Shown: piece by piece, positions 29,753 through 39,198 of the stretch
Numbering within the stretch: the first letter of the stretch is position 1
How the letters are laid out: every line of letters begins with the position of its first letter
NCBI RefSeq assembly: GCF_048260565.1
Contig: NZ_JBLXGP010000001.1
Span: 141,362-205,361 of the forward strand
Direction of reading: 5' to 3'
Length of the DNA stretch: 64,000 bases
Source: Roseibium sp.
Lineage (GTDB): Bacteria > Pseudomonadota > Alphaproteobacteria > Rhizobiales > Stappiaceae
Program-made: the position numbers and the translations under genes
The notes under the pieces: generated by a model
Database searches by the model: none
Told to the model about the DNA's origin: nothing
What the model saw: only the letters and a program-made list of their open reading frames with translations

Positions 29753-30628
29753 ATGACAAAAAGCATCTTTGAAACCCTGAAACTCCTCGGGGTTGCCAGC
29801 CTGGACACCCAGGAGGACTACGCCTCCGAAACACGCGACGTGAAGCCGCTCCGGGTGTGCCGGGACAGCGTCTCGGGCGTCATCTACATCGACGGCTATT
29901 ACACCGGCGACGACACCTACAAGAAGGGCGACTACCGCCAGGAAACCGTCCGGCGTGCGGGGGAGCCGAGCTACGAGCAGCAGGCGGATGCGACCCGCCG
30001 CGCGGAAGCCTTTCGAAGCTACTATGCGGGCAAGACGATCGCCGATTTCGGCTGCGGGTTGGGCGACTTCCTGCGCCTGGTGAAACCGGAGACCGCCGCC
30101 TGCGTCGGTATCGAGCTGCAACAGGACGCCGTCGACGCATTGAGAGGGGCGGGCGTAGCGTGCGAGACCTCCATCGAAGCGCTGGACGACGGTTCGCTGG
30201 ATGCGCTTTTCAGTTTTCATGTGCTGGAACACCTGCCGGACCCTCTGGAAATCCTCGGGCGCCTGAAGCCGAAGCTGAAGCAGGGCGGACATGCGATCTT
30301 CGAGGTGCCGCACGCGCGCGATTTCCTGCTCGATTACGTCGAGAGCGAACCGTTTCGGAAATTCACCCTGTGGAGCCAGCATCTGGTCCTGCACACACGC
30401 GACAGCCTCAAGCGGATGCTGGAGCATGCCGGCTACCGGAACGTCGTCGTCACCGGCACGCAACGGTATCCGTTGTCCAACCACATGCTGTGGATGGCCA
30501 GCGGCCGCCCGGGAGGGCACAAATCGAAATTCGCCGCCATCGACACGCCTGAATTGACGGCGGCCTATGAAGCCGCCCTGGACCGGATCGATGCCACCGA
30601 CACCTTGATTGCGGTCGCTCAGAAATAG
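29753..30628 (+). CDS. Class I SAM-dependent methyltransferase
   Basis: IADFGCGLG motif I, FHVLEHLPDP, FEVP. Confidence 0.88.
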   Translation: MTKSIFETLKLLGVASLDTQEDYASETRDVKPLRVCRDSVSGVIYIDGYYTGDDTYKKGDYRQETVRRAGEPSYEQQADATRRAEAFRSYYAGKTIADFGCGLGDFLRLVKPETAACVGIELQQDAVDALRGAGVACETSIEALDDGSLDALFSFHVLEHLPDPLEILGRLKPKLKQGGHAIFEVPHARDFLLDYVESEPFRKFTLWSQHLVLHTRDSLKRMLEHAGYRNVVVTGTQRYPLSNHMLWMASGRPGGHKSKFAAIDTPELTAAYEAALDRIDATDTLIAVAQK

Positions 30629-30637
30629 CGCGCAGGC

Positions 30638-32506
30638 TTATGCCAGGCCAAGCCTCTTGTCCCGCCGTTCCGGCGAGAATGTCTCCAGCCAGTCCGATAT
30701 GGCGGCCCGAAGATCCGGCACGACCGCGGTGGCGGGCATTTCACTCGTGAGCAGGAAATAGCGCTGGGACGGGTGCCAGGGCGGGTTTTTCTGTCCGAGC
30801 AGCAGTGGCGGCTCGTTCTGGCCGAAGCGGAAGCTCGGCACATCGAGCACGCCGGCAGTTTCGGCAACGCTGGTGTTGGCCGTGACGACGAGGTCGCAGC
30901 ATGCCGTCAGGGCCGCGGCGGCCAACAGGTCGTCCAGCAGATCCACGTCGTCGAGACTGACGAACGCACCGTTGGTCTTCGCTTTCAGGAAATCGAGTTC
31001 CCGCTTCACCGCCGCATATTGCAGATTGACGAAGGTAACGTCTTCGAAATCCAAGATCGGCGCGAATTGCGGTGCCGACAGATAGAGACGGGCTCGGGAC
31101 ACGGCCAGGTTCATGGACCGCCAGCCGACCCCGACGATCGGCTTGTCGCTGCCGCGTTCCTTCAGGCGTTTCAGGTAACCCTGGGCCTGTTCCTGGTCGA
31201 ACGCATAGGCCGGCCGCTTGGCATTTTCGAAATCCGCGAAGTCGTTGCGGAAGAATCGTGCCAGGTCGGTGATGTTGGCGTGGACGTCGTAGTCCGATTT
31301 GAGGGCCTTGAACTCACTGTCGAAGGCCGCCGGACGACAAAGCGCTTCGGGAAAGCTCTTCTGGTACCAGGGCGTTGCTTTCTTCGACAGTTCGATGATG
31401 ACCTTGCCGGCCCGCTCCATCAGGTCGGGCAGCATGGTGCCCGCCTTGAGGGCGTCGCCAAGCCCCTGATCGGCCCACACCAGAACGGTCTTGTCGGAAA
31501 TGTCCTCGCCTTCCCAGGCAGGCACGTCGAATGTCCGGCGGATGACCTGGGAGGCCGGGTCGTCGAAACGGGACGGGTGCAGCCGCCAGCCGGTTTCCAG
31601 GTCGCCGAGCGCCAGCGAGGCCAGAGACAGGTTCCAGTCCAGGCCGATGTAGCTCTTCGGCGCCAGTTCGCGCGCTTTCTTGAATTGCTCGTATGCCTTT
31701 TCGGGCTGGTCGAGCATCAGATAGTGGACGCCCAGGGTGACGAGGCGGTGGTAGTCCAGTGGCGCGTCTTCGGCCGCCGCGATCGCATATTTCAATCCTT
31801 CGCCGGTCTCGCCCATCTTGAACAGGAGCCGCGCAACCTCGTGCTTGATGTTGCCGTTGTCCGGAAAGCGTTCCAGCGCGTCGGCCAGCTCGGGTTCGGA
31901 GGTTTTAAAGTCGTCGCACGCCAGCCGGGCGCGTGCCCGCTCGACGTAGTTCTCCGGGTTGCCCGGATCGAGCAGGGCGGCCTTGTTGAAGAAGGCGATG
32001 GCCTTGTCGTAGACCTTGTTGTCCCTGAGCAGGATGCCGTAGTTCCGGTAGGGGTCGGGAAAATCGGGGCACTTGACGATCAGGAACTGGAAGATCTCCT
32101 CCGCTTCCAGCTTGCGGTCCAACCGGCTCAGCGAGATGGCCTTGAGGTTGAGGGCTTCCACCAGGTTCGGATCGAGAGACAGGGCCTTGTCCGCGACTGC
32201 CAGGATGCTCTCGGGTTCCGTGCCGGCCAGGTCGGACATGGTGCGCGCCAGATTGGCATAATAGGGCGCACGGTCCGGCGCGAGTTCGATGGCCTTCTGA
32301 ATATATTCGAACGCCCGCACGGGGTCGCCGAGCTGCCGGTAACTGACCCCGAGCAGATGGTTGGCGTCCGGTGAATTCGGCGCCTTTTTCACCACCAGCT
32401 TGTAGATCCTCTGCGCCTTTTCCACCTCTCCCGCCTGCTGAAGGGCAAGGGCCTTCTTCATTTTCTCTAGCAGGAGATTTGGCTTCGGCTCGACTTTGGT
32501 CGCCAT
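30638..32506 (-). CDS. TPR-repeat protein with C-terminal GT-B (glycosyltransferase-like) domain
   Basis: About 300 aa of TPR helices, then W.GE, DQGLGD, VGVGWRS, FVNLQY, DLVVT.NTSVA..AG.L. Confidence 0.8.
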   Translation of the reverse strand: MATKVEPKPNLLLEKMKKALALQQAGEVEKAQRIYKLVVKKAPNSPDANHLLGVSYRQLGDPVRAFEYIQKAIELAPDRAPYYANLARTMSDLAGTEPESILAVADKALSLDPNLVEALNLKAISLSRLDRKLEAEEIFQFLIVKCPDFPDPYRNYGILLRDNKVYDKAIAFFNKAALLDPGNPENYVERARARLACDDFKTSEPELADALERFPDNGNIKHEVARLLFKMGETGEGLKYAIAAAEDAPLDYHRLVTLGVHYLMLDQPEKAYEQFKKARELAPKSYIGLDWNLSLASLALGDLETGWRLHPSRFDDPASQVIRRTFDVPAWEGEDISDKTVLVWADQGLGDALKAGTMLPDLMERAGKVIIELSKKATPWYQKSFPEALCRPAAFDSEFKALKSDYDVHANITDLARFFRNDFADFENAKRPAYAFDQEQAQGYLKRLKERGSDKPIVGVGWRSMNLAVSRARLYLSAPQFAPILDFEDVTFVNLQYAAVKRELDFLKAKTNGAFVSLDDVDLLDDLLAAAALTACCDLVVTANTSVAETAGVLDVPSFRFGQNEPPLLLGQKNPPWHPSQRYFLLTSEMPATAVVPDLRAAISDWLETFSPERRDKRLGLA

Positions 32507-32645
32507 GACGTCTCCGGTTCGGCAGGCCTCAGGGAATCACCGGCGATTATTCTACAGGAGGCGCTCCGTTCTAAGGGGGAGGCGTCAATTTGCTGGGGAT
32601 CGGCGGGGAAATTCGGCGGTTTTTTCATCTGGCAATGGCCGAATG

Positions 32646-33113
32646 TCACCCACTTACTGGTGTGTTCAGATACAGCAGCGAGCCATTGAGTATCGCCGCA
32701 AAGACGACCCAGGCGGCGTAGGGCAGGAACAGCAGCGCCGCGACATTGTCTTTGGACCAGGCCTTGATGATGAATGTGATGATGGTGATCAGCATCAGGA
32801 TGATAACGCCGAGAGCGATGTCCATCCGATGGGCGGAAAAGAACACAGGCGACCAGATGAAGTTTAAAGCCATCTGCGCGGCCCATAGCATCATGGCCTG
32901 GCCGCTCGGCTGGCGCAACCATATACGCCAGCCGGCAATCGCAATGCAGATATAAAGCACCGTCCAGACGGGCCCGAATATCCAGTTCGGTGGATTGAAA
33001 GGCGGTTTGATCAGGCCCGCATACCAGGCGCCGGGCGCGGTCACGATCCCGATGGCAATGCCGCCGCCAACGACCAGGAGGAGAAAGAAGGCAAGGGAGC
33101 GAATGTTTTGCAT
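32646..33113 (-). CDS. tspO: TspO/MBR tryptophan-rich sensory protein
   Basis: WY..L.KP..NPPNWIFGPVWT, LN..WSP.FF, LPY.AW..FA..LN. Confidence 0.93.
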   Translation of the reverse strand: MQNIRSLAFFLLLVVGGGIAIGIVTAPGAWYAGLIKPPFNPPNWIFGPVWTVLYICIAIAGWRIWLRQPSGQAMMLWAAQMALNFIWSPVFFSAHRMDIALGVIILMLITIITFIIKAWSKDNVAALLFLPYAAWVVFAAILNGSLLYLNTPVSG

Positions 33114-33306
33114 GATTTATAGAGACTAATGCATTTTCATTCAGTGTCCGGACTTTCTAACGGAAGTGAACAGCTTGTCCCATGACGAGCCCCGTTATCG
33201 GCATCGGTCTTCAGCGCGCGCGGAGCCTGAGGTGTGACAGCGGCGGTCCCATCGTGCTACCGAATTGAGCCTGCGAGGTATTTAGGTAATGACTTGAATG
33301 GGAAGA

Positions 33307-33381
33307 TGGTGGGCGATACTGGGATTGAACCAGTGACCTTTCCGGTGTGAACGGAACGCTCTCCCGCTGAGCTAATCGCCC
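33307..33381 (-). tRNA. tRNA-Val (anticodon CAC)
   Basis: 75 nt GGGCGATTAGCTCAGCGGGAGAGCG-TTCCG-TT-CAC-AC-CGGAA-AGGTCACTGGTTCAATCCCAGTATCGCCCACCA; cloverleaf with encoded CCA. Confidence 0.97.
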
Positions 33382-33511
33382 TAACCCTTGACGGGCAGCC
33401 ATATTGGCTGGTGGGCGCTAGGTAATTCAAAATGCGGTTTCAGGCAAGAGCAAAGCGCGTATTTCTTCTCTGACCTGTTTCCGGTGCCGTAATCGCGGAA
33501 ATCAGGGCTTG

Positions 33512-34180
33512 TTACGCAACAGCCTTCAGCGCCGCAATAGCGTCGTGCAACTCGTCGAAGTGGGAAATCACCCGGTCCGGATCAAGCTCGGTCACGGGGA
33601 CCTGAGTATAACCGAAATCGACCGCGACCACCGGGATACCGGCTGCGCGGGCGGCATCGATATCGGTGACGGAGTCCCCGATCATGACGGAGCCGGATTT
33701 CTGACCTCCGGCGCGCTCGATGGCGCCCAGGATCGGCTCCGCCTGCGGCTTGGCGACTTTGAAGGTGTCCCCGCCGACGATGGCATCGAAATGCCTGGTC
33801 ATGTCGAGCTGGTCGAGCAGCGGCAGGGTCAGCCGTTCCATCTTGTTGGTGCACACCGCAAGCCGCCAGCCCTCAGAGCGGAACCGTTCCAGGGCGTTGA
33901 TGACGCCCGGAAAGGGGCGGGTGTGAACGGTGAGGTTCTCCTCGTAAATTTCCAGGAACTGCCGGAACAACGGCTCGATCATGTCCTCGTCCCAGGCGAT
34001 CCCGTTGGCCTCCAGGCCCCGCTGCAGCATGAACTTGGCGCCGTGGCCGACGATGCTGCGAAAGCTTTCCGGAGGAACCGCTTCATGACCGGCGCCCGTC
34101 AGCACCATGTTCAGCGTTGCGGCAAGGTCTTCCATCGACGAGACCAGGGTGCCGTCGAGATCGAAGACGAGAACGGACAT
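33512..34180 (-). CDS. gph: HAD-family phosphatase (phosphoglycolate phosphatase-like)
   Basis: ATG at 34180; FDLDGTL, VCTNK, KPQAEP, MIGDS.TDI. Confidence 0.88.
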   Translation of the reverse strand: MSVLVFDLDGTLVSSMEDLAATLNMVLTGAGHEAVPPESFRSIVGHGAKFMLQRGLEANGIAWDEDMIEPLFRQFLEIYEENLTVHTRPFPGVINALERFRSEGWRLAVCTNKMERLTLPLLDQLDMTRHFDAIVGGDTFKVAKPQAEPILGAIERAGGQKSGSVMIGDSVTDIDAARAAGIPVVAVDFGYTQVPVTELDPDRVISHFDELHDAIAALKAVA

Positions 34181-34270
34181 GCAGGTTTCCTTTCGGGCGG
34201 GGAGGTGAGGCCGGACCGGCAACCTAGCCAGTCCGCCCGCATTCCTCAAGCATGCCCGAACCCGGATGGT

Positions 34271-36037
34271 CTAAAGCTTGTAGGCGGTCCGGAAGCCGCC
34301 CCAGTGCCGTCCATCGATGAAGATCGGGGCGTCCACCTCCTTCATCCACACGATATTGCCGTTGCCCATGTCGCGGGCGTAGGTCTGGATCAGGACGGGG
34401 CGGGTGTTTCTGGCCGCGCACAGGCCGGCCCGGTCGTCGAACATCCGCTTGTTGCGGCTGTTGGCCGCGTTCCATTCCGGATCGTCCGGCCGCTGCGGCT
34501 TGGAATAGATCTTGTTGTGGACCGGCAGGTAGCCGTTGCGGTCGACGGCGGCGCAGAAGGCCATGGACTGGGCTCCGGCCAGGATCTCTTCCTGGATCGG
34601 CGGCAGCACTTCTTCGAACCTGTCGACAAAGCGGGTGCTGACCTGGAGCGGATTGGTTCCCGGGATCGGCTGGTAATCGGTATCGAACAGATCGCTTAAG
34701 GAGAGCTTGCCGTCCTCGACAAGGCGGGTCAGTTGTTCTGAGATGCGCGAAGCTCCCGACTGGGCCAGCTCCACATAAGATGCATGCTCTGCCTGGAATG
34801 CGGAGATCTGCCGATCGAGCGCTTGCTTGAAGCCGTCGTCCGTCTCCGCAAAGGTGCAGTGGTAGCCGTTCGCCGAGTGACCCACGACACGGATCGACAC
34901 GGTTCCGATACCGTCGATCTCAAGTTCGGCGCTTTGATCTGGAACGAGGATGCCGTCTTCGTCGCATTTCAGAAGAGCGCCGCCGAAGGAGATGTCGAGT
35001 GTCTGGACGGAGGCCTTCCGGCCGTTCGCGGTGACGTGCCCGTTCAGCTTGATCGGCAACCGGTCGAACTTGCGCCGGTCGCCCAGTTCGTTCTGCCGGA
35101 TCATCATGGTGAACCGGCTGCCCAGGGCCTGAATGGCCGCGCCCATCTCGGTTCCCGCCAGATTGGCCGCCTGGCCGCCTTCTTCGGCCCGCGCCGCGGA
35201 GGTATCGATGGTTTCGACCCGCCGGGCGACTTCCTCCACGAAGTTCGCCGTATCGTCGGCATGTTCGCGGATGGCCGTCGTCGTGCTGACCTGTTCATGG
35301 ACGGCATTTTCCACGGCGGCAAAACTCGGTCGGATCTGGCCGATCACGTCGATAATACGGTTGACCGAGGCGATGCTGACTTCCGCCGATGCCTGGAGCC
35401 GTTCGATATTGGCGACGATCTCATCGGTCGCGTTCTGGGTCTCGACCGAAAGCGACTTCACTTCGCTCGCGACGACCGCAAATCCCTTGCCGGCCTCGCC
35501 CGCCCGGGCCGCTTCGATGGTCGCGTTGAGTGCCAGGAGATTGGTCTGCTTGGCCACATCGGAAATCAGCCGCACGACATTGGTAATGTCCTCGATAGCC
35601 GAATTCAGCTCCATGACGCCGGCATTGGCTTCGTCGGCGACCTCGCGGGCCTGTTCGGCCAGTTGGTTCGACTTGACGACCTGCTGGCCGATCTCGTTGC
35701 TGGACGTGGCCAGCTCGCTGATGGAGTCTGCAAGATCGGTAGCGTTCTTGTGCGCCAGGCCGCTTTGCTCGCGCAATGCCTTGCTGTCGGTGCGGATCGA
35801 ATCCAGCAGGCCGAGCTGCTCGGTGATCCGGCTCTGGACCTTCTGCATCGAGCCGCTGATGGATTTCGCGGAAACCTGAAGATCGTCCTCGATCGCATCC
35901 AATGCATAGGCGAGCATGTTGTCCATGTCGTCGGAATCGGATTCGGCCGAAAAATCGAGTTGCCCATCAAGATCGTCTGAGTGAATTTCCACAGTAAGTG
36001 CATTGTTGTTGTTATGATTTTTTCTATTAAAGAACAT
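34271..36037 (-). CDS. Soluble methyl-accepting chemotaxis protein with PilZ domain and an extra C-terminal domain
   Basis: No TM segment; MCP tip [27 protein letters not shown]; PilZ motifs RKFDR and DISFGG. Confidence 0.9.
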   Translation of the reverse strand: MFFNRKNHNNNNALTVEIHSDDLDGQLDFSAESDSDDMDNMLAYALDAIEDDLQVSAKSISGSMQKVQSRITEQLGLLDSIRTDSKALREQSGLAHKNATDLADSISELATSSNEIGQQVVKSNQLAEQAREVADEANAGVMELNSAIEDITNVVRLISDVAKQTNLLALNATIEAARAGEAGKGFAVVASEVKSLSVETQNATDEIVANIERLQASAEVSIASVNRIIDVIGQIRPSFAAVENAVHEQVSTTTAIREHADDTANFVEEVARRVETIDTSAARAEEGGQAANLAGTEMGAAIQALGSRFTMMIRQNELGDRRKFDRLPIKLNGHVTANGRKASVQTLDISFGGALLKCDEDGILVPDQSAELEIDGIGTVSIRVVGHSANGYHCTFAETDDGFKQALDRQISAFQAEHASYVELAQSGASRISEQLTRLVEDGKLSLSDLFDTDYQPIPGTNPLQVSTRFVDRFEEVLPPIQEEILAGAQSMAFCAAVDRNGYLPVHNKIYSKPQRPDDPEWNAANSRNKRMFDDRAGLCAARNTRPVLIQTYARDMGNGNIVWMKEVDAPIFIDGRHWGGFRTAYKL

Positions 36038-36110
36038 TGCCGTCCTCCCGGGTTCTCTCGGGCAAGTTTCTCTGAATTCCCCTATGGGCAGGAACTCTAT
36101 TTATATTCGC

Positions 36111-36125
36111 TAAAATTATAGTTAA
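36111..36125 (-). promoter_or_regulatory. Near-consensus CtrA box upstream of the chemoreceptor
   Basis: Minus strand TTAA-CTATAAT-TTTA versus the TTAA-N7-TTAA consensus, in an AT-rich promoter region. Confidence 0.4.
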
Positions 36126-36295
36126 TGAATTATATCGGTGCGCGAGCTTTCTACGCGCACGCGCTTTTGACGCCTGTCCTCGCGCCTCTTTGACATTGCG
36201 ACACCATTTCAGTCTGTTTTATGGGGCCGTGCCCTAGACCCTGTATCGCCTGCCATGCTACTGAGCGCGAAATCTTGGAAGGTCTTGGAGAGGCG

Positions 36296-36991
36296 ATGAG
36301 TGACGCTTGGAAACGCCTGGCAGCCGAAAAGGCGGTGGAAGACGTCCGGCCGGGCATGAAGCTCGGTATCGGAACCGGGTCGACGGCGGAGCATTTTGTC
36401 AGGGCTCTCGGCGCGCGCGTTCGGGAAGGTCTGGACGTCATCGGCGTGCCCACGTCGGAAAGAACGCATCAGCTTGCGACGGAAGAGGGGATTCGCCTTT
36501 CCACGCTGGATGAGATGCCGGAACTTGATCTCACTGTCGACGGCGCCGATGAAATCGACCCGCAAATGAGACTGATCAAGGGCGGTGGCGGCGCATTGCT
36601 GCGGGAGAAGATCGTTGCGGCTGCCTCAAAAGCAATGATCGTCATCGCCGATGACAGCAAGCTCGTCGATGTACTCGGCCGCTTTCCGCTGCCGATCGAG
36701 GTGGTGCCTTTCGGCCTGGGCGCGACCACTCTTGCGGTGAGAGATTGCCTTTCCGGCCTGGGATTGTCCGGGTCCTTGACCGTCAGGGGCGGGGACGAAC
36801 ATCCTTTCGTCACAGATGGCGGGCATTTCATCCTGGACGCTGAACTTGGACGGATACCGGACGCCGACGCTTTGGCTGAAAAGCTGGTTGCGATTCCCGG
36901 GGTCGTCGAGCATGGTTTGTTCATCGGTCTTGCTGTCAAAGCCTATGTCGCTGGAGCAGACGGCGTGCGGACCATTGTCGCTAGCCGCTAG
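36296..36991 (+). CDS. rpiA: Ribose-5-phosphate isomerase A
   Basis: ATG at 36296; [32 protein letters not shown]. Confidence 0.97.
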   Translation: MSDAWKRLAAEKAVEDVRPGMKLGIGTGSTAEHFVRALGARVREGLDVIGVPTSERTHQLATEEGIRLSTLDEMPELDLTVDGADEIDPQMRLIKGGGGALLREKIVAAASKAMIVIADDSKLVDVLGRFPLPIEVVPFGLGATTLAVRDCLSGLGLSGSLTVRGGDEHPFVTDGGHFILDAELGRIPDADALAEKLVAIPGVVEHGLFIGLAVKAYVAGADGVRTIVASR

Positions 36992-37051
36992 AAAATGTGA
37001 ATTGAGGCCCTTAGAAGAACATTTGTTTGGGGCCGATGTTGGAGTTTGATT

Positions 37052-37612
37052 ATGGTTCTTAAAAACTGCCTGAAGGCCGGAACCCGGATCGCCGCCGCAG
37101 CGCTTGTGGCCGCCACCCTGCTTCCGGTCATGGCGAATGCCCAGGACGATCAGGTCTCGGAAGCTCAGCTCGAGGCCGCGCGTCAGGTTGTCGTCGCGAA
37201 CAAGGCGTTGAGCGCTTTTGACGAAATTCTGCCGCTCATGGCCGAACAGACCCGGACGATCTTCATTCAGGCCGACCCGTTCAAATCCGATGAGGTTTCG
37301 GAGGTGACGAATGATGTCGCGCTGAAACTGGCGTCCAAGCGCAAAGATCTGAACGAGATGATCTACAATATCTGGGCTCGCCGCTTTACCGTGGAAGAGC
37401 TTCAGCAACTCGCGGAATTCTATAATTCTCCGCTGGGACAGAAACTTGCCACGGAAACGCCGAGCATTACCGCGCTCTCGATCGGCGCGGCCCGCCAGTG
37501 GCAGGACCAGATCTCAACCGAGATGGTCAGCCTTGTGCGCGAAGAAATGCAGAAACGGGACCAGGCAAAGGGCGACGGCGCGGAAGCTCCGGCGAAAAAG
37601 CCGATCGAGTAA
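37052..37612 (+). CDS. DUF2059 domain exported protein
   Basis: Signal peptide; FT.EEL..L.EFY.SPLGQK; sits between rpiA and gor. GGAG RBS for ATG 37052. Confidence 0.85.
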   Translation: MVLKNCLKAGTRIAAAALVAATLLPVMANAQDDQVSEAQLEAARQVVVANKALSAFDEILPLMAEQTRTIFIQADPFKSDEVSEVTNDVALKLASKRKDLNEMIYNIWARRFTVEELQQLAEFYNSPLGQKLATETPSITALSIGAARQWQDQISTEMVSLVREEMQKRDQAKGDGAEAPAKKPIE

Positions 37613-37648
37613 GGGTCCCGAACACCCAAATGTGACTGTATGAAAATT

Positions 37649-37675
37649 CAAGGCCGCCTGAGCGGCCTTGTTTTT
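37649..37675 (+). terminator. Rho-independent terminator
   Basis: caaggccgc-ctga-gcggccttg-ttttt. Confidence 0.7.
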
Positions 37676-37776
37676 GCCGTTGGGAAACCGACATTGCGGG
37701 GCGGACAGAGTGTGGGCACTGCCGCCAGGGGATATGAAACGACCGGGCAGGGTTTCGGCAGGATGACGAGGTAACG

Positions 37777-39153
37777 ATGAGCGATTTTGACTACGACCTG
37801 TTTGTGATCGGCGGTGGATCTGGCGGTGTGCGGGCCGCAAGGATTGCCGCGACCCATGGTGCCAAGGTCGGAATCGCTGAGGAATATCGCTACGGCGGCA
37901 CCTGCGTGATCCGCGGATGCGTGCCGAAGAAACTGTTTGTCTATGCCTCGAAATTTTCCGAGGAATTCGAGGATGCCGAGGGTTTCGGCTGGACCGTCGG
38001 GGAAAGGTCCTTTTCCTGGGAAAAGCTGGTGACGGCGAAGGACCAGGAAATCACCCGGCTCGAAGGCATTTACCGGCGCAATCTGGAACGCAGCGATGTG
38101 GAACTGCATGACAGCCGTGCCGTCGTGGAAGGCCCCAATTCGATCCGCCTGCTGGCGACCGGCCAGACGGTGACGGCCAAATACATCCTGATCGCCGTCG
38201 GGGCTTCGCCGAATGTGGACGCGGACCTGCCGGGCGGTGAGCATGTCATTACCTCCAACGAGGCCTTCCACATGACCGATCTTCCCGAAAAGATCGTCGT
38301 CACCGGCGGCGGCTATATTGCGGTCGAATTTGCCGGGATATTCAACGGCCTCGGCGTTGAGACGACGCTTCTTTATCGTGGCGAGGAAATCCTGCGCGGT
38401 TTCGACTTGGACATGCGTAAGGCCGTTCATGAGGAAATGGAGAAAAAGGGTATCCGCGTCGTTTGCGGCGATGTCTTTACCGCCATCGAGAAGGATGCCT
38501 CCGGTCTGCTGACCGGCAAGACCAAAAACGGCGAGACCCTGACCGCAGGCCAGATCATGTTCGCCATCGGCCGGTCACCGCATACCAGCGACCTGGGCCT
38601 TGAAAAGGCCGGGGTCGAACTTGACCGGATCGGCGCGATCAAGGTCGACGATCAGTCGCAGACATCCGTCCCCTCCATCTATGCGGTCGGCGATGTCACC
38701 AACCGGGCCAATCTCACGCCGGTCGCCATTCGCGAAGGCCACGCCTTCGCCGATACGGTATTCGGCAACAAGCCCTGGACGGTCGATCACAGCCTGATCC
38801 CGACCGCCGTCTTCTCCCAGCCGGAGATGGGCACGGTCGGCCTGACCGAGGAGCAGGCGCTTGAGAAGACGCCCAATCTCGACATCTACAAGTCGAGCTT
38901 CCGGCCGATGAAACACACGCTCTCCGGCCGTGACGAGAAAATGCTGATGAAGCTGATCGTCGACGCGGACACGGACAAGGTGCTCGGAGTTCACATCCTC
39001 GGCCCGGATGCGGGCGAGCTGGCCCAGGTTCTCGGCATCACGCTGGCCATGGGCGCCACCAAGGCCGATTTCGACCGGACGATTGCCGTGCATCCGACCG
39101 CGGCCGAGGAACTTGTCACCATGCGCGAACCGACAGAGCGCCTGCGCGGCTGA
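37777..39153 (+). CDS. gor: Glutathione-disulfide reductase
   Basis: GGGSGG, GGTCVIRGCVPKK redox disulfide, GGGYIAVE, HPTAAEE. Confidence 0.96.
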   Translation: MSDFDYDLFVIGGGSGGVRAARIAATHGAKVGIAEEYRYGGTCVIRGCVPKKLFVYASKFSEEFEDAEGFGWTVGERSFSWEKLVTAKDQEITRLEGIYRRNLERSDVELHDSRAVVEGPNSIRLLATGQTVTAKYILIAVGASPNVDADLPGGEHVITSNEAFHMTDLPEKIVVTGGGYIAVEFAGIFNGLGVETTLLYRGEEILRGFDLDMRKAVHEEMEKKGIRVVCGDVFTAIEKDASGLLTGKTKNGETLTAGQIMFAIGRSPHTSDLGLEKAGVELDRIGAIKVDDQSQTSVPSIYAVGDVTNRANLTPVAIREGHAFADTVFGNKPWTVDHSLIPTAVFSQPEMGTVGLTEEQALEKTPNLDIYKSSFRPMKHTLSGRDEKMLMKLIVDADTDKVLGVHILGPDAGELAQVLGITLAMGATKADFDRTIAVHPTAAEELVTMREPTERLRG

Positions 39154-39198
39154 TGGTTTCAAACGGGAGCTGACTGGCTCGGCGCCTTTTCAGGTGAA

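Noticed and set aside
33409-33417. TGGTGGGCG matching the tRNA 3' end
   Set aside because: Only 9 bp, lies upstream of the tRNA, and no integrase is present; not a credible att site.
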